DNA from: Candidatus Poribacteria bacterium
Lineage (GTDB): Bacteria; Poribacteria; WGA-4E; WGA-3G
Length of the DNA: 64,000 nucleotides
Assembly (NCBI GenBank): GCA_003635195.1
Contig: PYIY01000200.1
Coordinates: forward strand, 3,855-67,854
Direction of reading: 5' to 3'
Part shown: one piece after another, positions 1-7,108 of the stretch
Position numbering within the stretch: position 1 is the first letter of the stretch
Layout of the letters: every line of letters begins with the position of its first letter
Program-made: the position numbers and the translations under genes
The notes under the pieces: generated by a model
What the model saw: the letters and a program-made list of their open reading frames with translations, nothing else
The model's database searches: none
What the model was told of the DNA's origin: nothing

Positions 1-929
1 TTAGCGAGTTCTTGCAGGGAACCTATCCTTGCTCCGACATCCCAACCGACGAGTTTCTCCTCTTCCCAACCTTCACCCCCCGGCAATTTCCATTCTCTGT
101 CACGGTGCAGTAAAAACTTTGATTCTTGTGTTGATGTATCTTCAATAAGGAGACGTGTCGTCGTAATCGGTTTATCAAAACAGACAGGTATAAGGCGTTT
201 GGCATCGTCGCTGACTGCATCCCAAGCGGCGGGGTTGTAAGGGTAATATCCAGCTGCGGGGGGTGCGTTCACTGCACAATATTTATTGAAAATACCGCAC
301 CGGTCTTGAGTCGTCATTCCTGCAGGTGCTTTGTGCCAGACATGTTCGTTCACCACAAGCAGATCACCTGCCTTGAGTTCCGGGTCAATGAAGGGTGCCA
401 ACTCTTTGGCATCGGGACGGGTGAGGTCCAAGATATGTGCATCTTTGTCAATCACCTGTGTCAGTTTATGCGATTTGGGGGACACGAGAAAAGGACCATA
501 TTCCGAATCAAAATCGGTCAGTGGAATGATTGCGAATACCCAGTTCATTGACGAACCGACAGGTCGCCAGCGTTTGTAGTCGCAATGTGCGCCGGCACCT
601 TTATCGCCGGGTGTCCGTAGATAGGCGACGTAGGCAGTAAGATGCGCTGGTTGACCCAATGCTGCTTCTACAGTACCAACAACCGTCGGATGTTCGGCAA
701 TAGCAGTGAGTCCGGGGGTGGCAAGCCTATTGCCACTGACGGTGTATTTCGCCGGTTGCGGATACTTAAGGGTTGACGGATAGGCATCGCGCATCACCTC
801 TTGTTGGACGATGCGCCGCAGTTCATCCGCTTCCTTAGCGGATAAGACATTGCGCACGATTAGATAACCGTCCTCATGATAGTCTGCGATTTGCCGTTCG
901 GTGAGGGATGGTGTTAGCGTGGTAGTCAT
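1..929 (-). CDS. PhyH-like Fe(II)/2-oxoglutarate dioxygenase (3' end lies beyond window start)
   Basis: Open at the window edge, so absent from the ORF track. My translation from ATG 929-927 reads MTTTLTPSLTERQIADYHEDGYLIVRNVLS...GAHCDYKRW...LLVVNEHVWHKAP. The HxD...H iron-ligand pattern and N-terminal Y-x-x-x-G-Y-hydrophobic motif recall the phytanoyl-CoA dioxygenase family. GGAG lies 8 nt upstream. Confidence 0.6.
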   Translation of the reverse strand, partial: MTTTLTPSLTERQIADYHEDGYLIVRNVLSAKEADELRRIVQQEVMRDAYPSTLKYPQPAKYTVSGNRLATPGLTAIAEHPTVVGTVEAALGQPAHLTAYVAYLRTPGDKGAGAHCDYKRWRPVGSSMNWVFAIIPLTDFDSEYGPFLVSPKSHKLTQVIDKDAHILDLTRPDAKELAPFIDPELKAGDLLVVNEHVWHKAPAGMTTQDRCGIFNKYCAVNAPPAAGYYPYNPAAWDAVSDDAKRLIPVCFDKPITTTRLLIEDTSTQESKFLLHRDREWKLPGGEGWEEEKLVGWDVGARIGSLQELA

Positions 930-988
930 AATGGGAGCTCCTTTGAAAACAATAGCACAATCTATTACACTTTTAGACGAAAGATAAG

Positions 989-3085
989 TTATTTCATCTT
1001 GATGACAACAAGTGTTATATCATCCGCCTGTGGTTCCCCGTTCGCCCACGACGTGCTTGCTTTGAAGATATGGTCAATAATCGCCTTCGGGGGTTGATCC
1101 GCTACCTCTTCAAACAGTTCTTTCGTTTTCGGATAGTCTAACATTTCGTTTTCAGGGTTTAACATCTCTGGCAGTCCATCACTCATCAGCAAAATAGTAT
1201 CACCGCTTTGGAGTTCAAAGGATGCCTTTTCTCGCTCAGCTCCGATAAATCCGCCCAATGGCATCCCTTCAAGGAGTATTTCTTCAACAAGGTTCTCCTC
1301 AGCTCGATAGATGAGTGCTGGTGGCATACCTGCGGCTGCAAGCGTCAGTGTGTTGCCGTTGAGTGTTGTGAGCGTCATCGCCATGTAAAGCCGTTTGAGA
1401 TTCATGCTTTTAATGCCCTGTGAAATACGTTCAAGGGTTTCCAAATTCTCTGCCCCGGGTGGCGAGGTCTTGAAAAGGCTCTTGACAGCGGAAACGACAA
1501 GTCCGGCGTTCATGCCGTGTCCTGTAGCATCTCCGACCGCAATTGTGAGCTGATCGTCCTCGGTGAGATTGTAGTCATAATAGTCGCCACCGACCTCTGT
1601 CGCAGGGCGCATCTCAAAGGCGATATCAAGGTTTGGAAGTTGAGGGGCGGTCTGCGGTAGCATTGACATCTGGAGTTTACGCGCCTCCTCTAACTCCTCT
1701 GCTTTGCGCGTATTTTCAACCTCTAAGAGCTGACGCTCAAGTACCTCCGTATCGAGTTTTCGGTGGGTCCGTGAGAAATCGCGAGCAAGATACACCGACA
1801 TTGAGAAAAGTGGCGCGAGGGTGATAGCGAGGGTGCTAAGTTGCCAGTTTATGTTTATATTTTCAAATCCTGTATGTGAAACGAAAAAAGCGAACAGGGA
1901 GGGGAGGATAATAGGGGTGAGCGAGCCAAGCCCAAAAATCCACGCGCCATCTTTTTTCTTGAAGATTGCAACGATAATCACCCGTGCCATCTCTAAAAAT
2001 GTGAGAATCGCAAACAGAACGCAGCACATAAAGGCTAATCCGATATTGAACGACGACGCAAAGACAACGCCTGATGCCTCAATCGTTGAGTGGAATTCGC
2101 CTTCACCGAAGAGCGGAAAGCCTATCCTGAGGCTAAGCAGGCCAAAGCAGAGCACCAGAACCCAACCAGCAAGAAAGAACCAAAACAGTTTCGGCAGCTT
2201 CGGATAAAAGATCGTGTAGAGAAATAACATTCCCGACAAAAACATCAGTACATACACACACATAAGCAAGCGCAGCAAATGCAAAGTTTCTATCACGCTT
2301 GTTGCTACCAAGAAAAATTGGAAGATTAGAAAAATAAACACCCCGATACTTCCTGCTGAAAGCGCGAAATAAAGATTTTCTCGCGCACGGGGGTAAAAGA
2401 AAAATAGCAACAGGTGCTGCAGCATCATGAAAATCAGAATCGCTGTCCATACCATCTGCAAAGTCGTGCCGCTGCGAACGATGTCGACACGACCTTTAAT
2501 GCCCGAATTTAAGGGCCCGATCCCAAGCACGAATCCGAGCACGGGTGTCAACTGATCGGAAGAGAAGTTGGAATACCGAACGGCGATGAGATGATCAGTT
2601 TCGCCCGAAAACGAAATGACCTGCGGGTTTCGCTCCCAATAAGGTTCTTCCTCTTCTTTCGTGTTTCCGACTTTACCGAAGGTATAAATCAACTCCCCAT
2701 CAAGATAGATTTCAGAGGCACCCGCTTGATATATCACCTGAAGTGCCAACGGCGTATGCCAGAGCCGTTCATCAGGGACAGAGAGATGAAGCCTGAACCA
2801 ACCGATACCCTCCCAACCAATTCTCGGTATTTCATTTAGAAATAACCATGTACTCTCGGTGGATTCCCACCCGGTATCGTCAAAAGCTGGATTTGCCCAT
2901 TCCTGATCATCGCCTGGGTGATATTTCCAATTTACGAGCAAAGCTCCACCTTTCTCTATATCATCCAACGTCAGGACGCGTATACCGGTGACCGGTGCAG
3001 GTTCACTATCTTGTGCGGATGCTTGGCAGATGAATCCGAACATCATTAAGATGAGATGGAATATCAGCACTAATTTGTGTTTCAT
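989..3085 (-). CDS. 7TM receptor (7TMR-DISM-like) fused to PP2C/SpoIIE serine phosphatase, copy 1
   Basis: 698-aa ORF with a signal peptide, a periplasmic domain (GIGWFRLHLSVP) and multiple hydrophobic helices. A coiled coil (LEVENTRKAEELEEARKLQ) follows. The C-terminal PP2C motifs are GGDYYD, GDATGHGMNAG, LLMSDGLPE and ADDITLVV. Confidence 0.8.
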   Translation of the reverse strand: MKHKLVLIFHLILMMFGFICQASAQDSEPAPVTGIRVLTLDDIEKGGALLVNWKYHPGDDQEWANPAFDDTGWESTESTWLFLNEIPRIGWEGIGWFRLHLSVPDERLWHTPLALQVIYQAGASEIYLDGELIYTFGKVGNTKEEEEPYWERNPQVISFSGETDHLIAVRYSNFSSDQLTPVLGFVLGIGPLNSGIKGRVDIVRSGTTLQMVWTAILIFMMLQHLLLFFFYPRARENLYFALSAGSIGVFIFLIFQFFLVATSVIETLHLLRLLMCVYVLMFLSGMLFLYTIFYPKLPKLFWFFLAGWVLVLCFGLLSLRIGFPLFGEGEFHSTIEASGVVFASSFNIGLAFMCCVLFAILTFLEMARVIIVAIFKKKDGAWIFGLGSLTPIILPSLFAFFVSHTGFENININWQLSTLAITLAPLFSMSVYLARDFSRTHRKLDTEVLERQLLEVENTRKAEELEEARKLQMSMLPQTAPQLPNLDIAFEMRPATEVGGDYYDYNLTEDDQLTIAVGDATGHGMNAGLVVSAVKSLFKTSPPGAENLETLERISQGIKSMNLKRLYMAMTLTTLNGNTLTLAAAGMPPALIYRAEENLVEEILLEGMPLGGFIGAEREKASFELQSGDTILLMSDGLPEMLNPENEMLDYPKTKELFEEVADQPPKAIIDHIFKASTSWANGEPQADDITLVVIKMK

Positions 3086-3208
3086 TTTAAAAACCGTAAG
3101 CTCTTAAGATCGGGTGTTCCAAAACGGACGCGACTTCCGGGCAGTCATAATGGAAGCTTCTTTGAAAACTAATAGCCCAATTTATTGCCCTTCCGGAGAA
3201 AAGATAAG

Positions 3209-5287
3209 TTATTTCACCTTCATGACAACAAGTGTTACGTCATCTGCTTGCGGTTCTCCGTCCGCCCACGACGTGCTTGCTTTGAAAAGATGATCAATAA
3301 TCGCTTCTGGGGATTGATCGGCGACCTCTTCAAACAGTTCTTTTGTCTTCGGATAGTCTAACATTTCGTTTTCAGGGTTTAACATTTCTGGTAAGCCGTC
3401 ACTCATCAGCAAGACAGTATCACCGCTCTGGAGTTGATACGATGCTTCTTGTCTCTCGGCTCCGATAAACCCGCCCAACGGCATCCCTTCAAGGAGTATC
3501 TCTTCAACAAGGTTTTCCTCAGCTCGATAGATGAGTGGAGGCGGCATTCCAGCCCCGGTAAGTTTCAGCATGTTGTGGTTGAATGTGACGAGTGTCATCG
3601 CCATGTACAACCGCTTTAGATTCATGCTCCTAATACCCTGCGAGATACGCTCAAGCGTTTCCAAGTTGTTGGCATCCGGTGCCGATGTCTTGAAAAGGCT
3701 CTTGACAGCGGAAACAACGAGCCCGGCGTTCATACCGTGTCCTGTAGCATCTCCGACCGCAATCGTGAGCTGATCGTCCTCCGTAAGATTGTAGTCATAA
3801 TAGTCGCCACCGACCTCTGTCGCAGGGCGCATCTCAAAGGCGACATCAAGATTCGGAAGTTGAGGGGCGGTCTGCGGTAGCATCGACACTTGGAGTTTAC
3901 GTGCTTCTTCTAATTCCTCCGTTTTTCGGGTGTTTTCAACTTCCAAAAACTGACGCTCAAGCGCCTCCGTCTCAAGTTTTCGGTGAGTCCGTGAGAAATC
4001 GCGAGCAAGATACACCGACATTGAAAAAAGTGGCGCGAGGGTGATAGCGAGGGTGCTAAATTGCCAGTTTATGTTTCCATCATATCTTGTATATGAGACC
4101 CAAAAAGCGAACATGAACGGCAGGATAATAGGCATGAGCGAGCCAAGCCCAAAAATCCACGCGCCATCTTTTTTCTTGAAGATAGCGACGACAATCACAC
4201 GCGCCATCTCAAAAAACGTGAGGGCGGTTAACAAAAGTAGGAATAGCGCTCCAGCGGGCGTTAGCATGAATTGGATTTGGGTGCCAGACACTTCGATTTC
4301 CCCCGTAATCGCCTGGAACATTGGGACAGTATCGAAACTAAAGAAGAGTAAGCAGATAGTTATAACCCAACCCATACGAAAGAACCAAGCCAGTTTAGGC
4401 AACTTCGGATAAAAGAGCGTGTAGAGAAATAGGATTCCCGTCAAAAACATCAGTACGTAAGCACACGCAAGTAACTGAAGTAAAAACAGAATTTGTGTTG
4501 GATTTGTCGTTAAAAAGACAAGCTGGAATAAAAGAAAAACAAAAGCCCCAATACTCCCCGTTGAGATCGCAAAATAGAGGTTTTCCCGTGCCCGTGGATA
4601 AAAGATAAACAGTAACAGGTGCTGCAGCATCATGAAAACCGAAATCGCCGTCCACACCATCTGAAAAGTAGTGACTTCGCGGACAAGGGTGATACGCCTT
4701 TTAATGTTCGGGTTCAGTTCTGTCAACCTAAGTCTAAAACCAAGTGTTGGCATCGATTCGGCAGAAGAGAAATTGGAATACCGGACTGCAATGACATGAT
4801 CGGTTTTGCCGGAGAACGAAATCACTTGCGGGTTGCGCTCCCAATACGGTTTTTCTTCCTCTTTGCGCGTTCCGACTGTCCCGAATTTATAAATCAGCTC
4901 CCCATCAAGATAGATTTCAGACGCACCTGCTTGAAACAGCACATGGAGTGCCAACGGCGTATGCCAAAGCCGTTCATCAGGAACGGATACACGAAGTCTG
5001 AACCAACCGATACCCTGCCATTCTTTTTCAGAGAGTTCTTTTCGAGATAGCAGTGTACTCGCGGATTTCCACGCCGTATCGTCAAAAGTTGGACTTGCCC
5101 ATTCCGGATTATCACCTGGATGATACTTCCAAGTTTCAAGCAAAGCTCCACCTTTCTCTATAGCATCTAACGTCAGAACGCGTATACCGGTGACCGGTAC
5201 AGGCTCACCATCCTGCGCGGGTGTCGAGGCGATAAATCCGAATACCACTAAAATGAGATGGGATATTAGAACTAACCTGTGTTTCAT
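3209..5287 (-). CDS. 7TM receptor fused to PP2C/SpoIIE serine phosphatase, copy 2 (tandem paralog)
   Basis: 692-aa ORF collinear with 989-3085. The phosphatase domain is nearly identical; the central TM helices and loops are visibly more diverged. Confidence 0.8.
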   Translation of the reverse strand: MKHRLVLISHLILVVFGFIASTPAQDGEPVPVTGIRVLTLDAIEKGGALLETWKYHPGDNPEWASPTFDDTAWKSASTLLSRKELSEKEWQGIGWFRLRVSVPDERLWHTPLALHVLFQAGASEIYLDGELIYKFGTVGTRKEEEKPYWERNPQVISFSGKTDHVIAVRYSNFSSAESMPTLGFRLRLTELNPNIKRRITLVREVTTFQMVWTAISVFMMLQHLLLFIFYPRARENLYFAISTGSIGAFVFLLFQLVFLTTNPTQILFLLQLLACAYVLMFLTGILFLYTLFYPKLPKLAWFFRMGWVITICLLFFSFDTVPMFQAITGEIEVSGTQIQFMLTPAGALFLLLLTALTFFEMARVIVVAIFKKKDGAWIFGLGSLMPIILPFMFAFWVSYTRYDGNINWQFSTLAITLAPLFSMSVYLARDFSRTHRKLETEALERQFLEVENTRKTEELEEARKLQVSMLPQTAPQLPNLDVAFEMRPATEVGGDYYDYNLTEDDQLTIAVGDATGHGMNAGLVVSAVKSLFKTSAPDANNLETLERISQGIRSMNLKRLYMAMTLVTFNHNMLKLTGAGMPPPLIYRAEENLVEEILLEGMPLGGFIGAERQEASYQLQSGDTVLLMSDGLPEMLNPENEMLDYPKTKELFEEVADQSPEAIIDHLFKASTSWADGEPQADDVTLVVMKVK

Positions 5288-5288
5288 T

Positions 5289-5840
5289 TTAAAAACCGCA
5301 ATTTTTCAAGATCGGGTGTTCCAAAACGGACGCGACTTCCGTCCAAGCCTCTTGGCTATCCTCACGTGAAAGGTCTGGGATGAATCCGAAATCAAGGTAG
5401 ACTTTGATTGCTGCCATACGTCCGGTTGATGTACCAAGGAAACAGCGTTCATGGGATTGTTTCAGGCGGGTCATCGCTACAGACATCATCGGCTTGGAAA
5501 GCCCGCGTCCCTGATAGTCGGGATGAATTACGACCCAGTGGATCTGTCCCCACACTTCTTCATCTATATCTTGCCACCACGCTGTGATTGTGCCGATTTC
5601 CTCACCTGTGTCCGTGGTGAGATAAAAACTTCTATCCTCCAACACTGAGAGATAGCGTCCAAACTCGCGATCAAAGAGCCCATCGTCAATGTCAATATAG
5701 GGTTCCGCCGCTTTTAGAATCCGCGTCCAGATATGTCCTTCATTGGGACGGTAATTGCGGATGGCAAAGCCTTTTGGAATAGGATATTGTGGGATATTTT
5801 CCATGTGCTCACGGATCATTCTGACGCTGTAGTTTTTCAT
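5289..5840 (-). CDS. GNAT family N-acetyltransferase
   Basis: 183-aa ORF. Acetyl-CoA binding motif A: VVIHPDYQGRGLSKPMMSVAMTRL (Q-x-x-G-x-G/A type). Confidence 0.75.
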   Translation of the reverse strand: MKNYSVRMIREHMENIPQYPIPKGFAIRNYRPNEGHIWTRILKAAEPYIDIDDGLFDREFGRYLSVLEDRSFYLTTDTGEEIGTITAWWQDIDEEVWGQIHWVVIHPDYQGRGLSKPMMSVAMTRLKQSHERCFLGTSTGRMAAIKVYLDFGFIPDLSREDSQEAWTEVASVLEHPILKNCGF

Positions 5841-5895
5841 GGTTGGGTGTGGGTTCGCGGAAGACTATATTTTGAAAACCTATTTCTCATGTAAG

Positions 5896-5925
5896 TTAAT
5901 ATAGCAAATCCTACATAGAGATGGC
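5896..5925 (-). promoter_or_regulatory. sigma70-like promoter for the GNAT gene (TTGCCA-N18-TATATT)
   Basis: Reverse complement reads TTGCCA tctctatgtaggatttgc TATATT, about 55 nt upstream of start 5840. Confidence 0.35.
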
Positions 5926-6050
5926 AAGGATATTTTGATAGTTTTCAGTTATCAGTAGGAGAGATTAGAAACCTCACCAGCAAAGGAGGACATAGATGGA
6001 ACAGAATTCGGTTGCTTTTTGGCGGGATTGTGTGGTATGATTTACCTATT

Positions 6051-6605
6051 ATGGAAAAATCACCTACCGCCATTCCAATTTACACAATAGGCTATGGAAG
6101 TCGATCGATAGCGGAACTCATTGAAGTGCTTCATCAGCATGAGATCGCCTACCTCATTGATGTCCGCTCGGCACCCTATTCTCGCTATAAACCGGAATTC
6201 TCCAAAGCACGGCTTGCGAATGAACTCGAACGACACGGTATCCGCTACGTGTTCATGGGAGATACTATCGGCGGCAGACCTGATGACGAAACGTGTTACG
6301 TCAATGGGAAAGTTGACTACGAAAAGGTCAAAGCCACGGCGTTTTACCAGAGCGGGATTGAACGCCTGCACACCGCTTTTCTGCAACAACAAAGCGTTGT
6401 GCTGATGTGCAGTGAGGGGAAGCCGGAAGAATGTCACCGATGTAAACTTATCGGTGCGACGCTCACAAGGCAGAATATACCGGTCATTCATATTGACGAA
6501 AATGGCGAGCAAGTGACACAAGAGCAAGTCGTTGAGCGTCTGACAGGCGGGCAATTGTCGATGTTTGGTGAAGATACATTTCACTCTCGGAAAAAATACT
6601 CCTAA
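6051..6605 (+). CDS. DUF488 family protein (paralog A)
   Basis: IYTIGYGSRSIAELIEVLHQHEIAYLIDVRSAPYSR...GIRYVFMGDTIGG...LMCSEGKPEECHRCKL matches my recall of the DUF488 signature (TxG, DVR, C-E-x(n)-CHR). The track ORF starts at TTG 6012; ATG 6051 (MEKSPTAIPIYTIGYG) fits the family N-terminus better. Confidence 0.7.
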   Translation: MEKSPTAIPIYTIGYGSRSIAELIEVLHQHEIAYLIDVRSAPYSRYKPEFSKARLANELERHGIRYVFMGDTIGGRPDDETCYVNGKVDYEKVKATAFYQSGIERLHTAFLQQQSVVLMCSEGKPEECHRCKLIGATLTRQNIPVIHIDENGEQVTQEQVVERLTGGQLSMFGEDTFHSRKKYS

Positions 6606-6616
6606 TTCGATCCACT

Positions 6617-7108
6617 ATGCAGAAAATCAAAATTGTTACCATCGGTGTATACGGCTTTGACGAAGCCGGTTTTTTTAATGCATTATGCGACGCAGAGATT
6701 GATACTTTCTGCGATATCCGAAGTCGGCGAGGTGTCCGCGGTGCGACTTACGCATTCGCCAATAGCAAGCGGTTACAAGCACGCCTTGCAGAACTTGGGA
6801 TCCGATACATCTACCGCAAAGATCTCGCCCCAACACAAACCGTTCGAGAAAAACAGGCAGCGGCGGATAAAGGAACAAAAACTGCCAAACGCAAACGGAC
6901 TGAACTTGGAGAAGCATTTATTGAAGCCTATCACACTGAATGTCTTGATGCATTTGACTCGCAAAGTCTACTTGACGAATTGGAATCGGACGCGAAAATC
7001 GTAGCATTTTTTTGTGTAGAAACTGCACCGGAGGCGTGCCACCGTTCGTTGGTAGCCGATAAACTGGCGAAAACATTCAATTGGGAGGTTGAAGACATTT
7101 TACCGTGA
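6617..7108 (+). CDS. DUF488 family protein (paralog B, divergent)
   Basis: IVTIGVYGFDEAGFFNALCDAEIDTFCDIRSRRG...GIRYIYRKDLAP...FFCVETAPEACHRSLVA. Starts 11 nt after paralog A. Its stop overlaps the RecQ start (GTGA). Confidence 0.65.
   Translation: MQKIKIVTIGVYGFDEAGFFNALCDAEIDTFCDIRSRRGVRGATYAFANSKRLQARLAELGIRYIYRKDLAPTQTVREKQAAADKGTKTAKRKRTELGEAFIEAYHTECLDAFDSQSLLDELESDAKIVAFFCVETAPEACHRSLVADKLAKTFNWEVEDILP

Larger units (their letters stand above)
922..5341. repeat. Head-to-tail tandem duplication, two ~2.2-kb units (922-3139 and 3142-5341)
   Basis: Segment 3087-3139 copies the GNAT gene 3' end at 5289-5341 (ttaaaaaccg...gggtgttccaaaacggacgcgacttccg). Segment 3142-3210 copies 922-990, which holds the PhyH start codon/RBS and intergenic region (agtcataatgg[g/a]agc[t/c]tctttgaaaac...agataagttatttca). 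Confidence 0.85.

Noticed and set aside
1-150. Nudix-like motif (WKLPGGEGWEEE) at the C-terminal end of the PhyH-like protein.
   Set aside because: The Nudix box GX5EX7REUXEEXGU is not recognisable in the visible part, and the domain is cut by the window edge.
5941-5965. Solo heptad arm (GATAGTTTTCAGTTATCAGTAGGAGAG) upstream of the DUF488 operon, as a full hairpin element.
   Set aside because: Only the left arm and part of the core are present and no complementary arm follows. It is noted as a probable decayed copy, not called as a feature.
6012-6050. TTG 6012 as the DUF488-A start, as in the ORF track.
   Set aside because: The extra 13 residues (MLFGGIVWYDLPI) precede the conserved family N-terminus and have no SD at a suitable distance. 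ATG 6051 is preferred but not proven.
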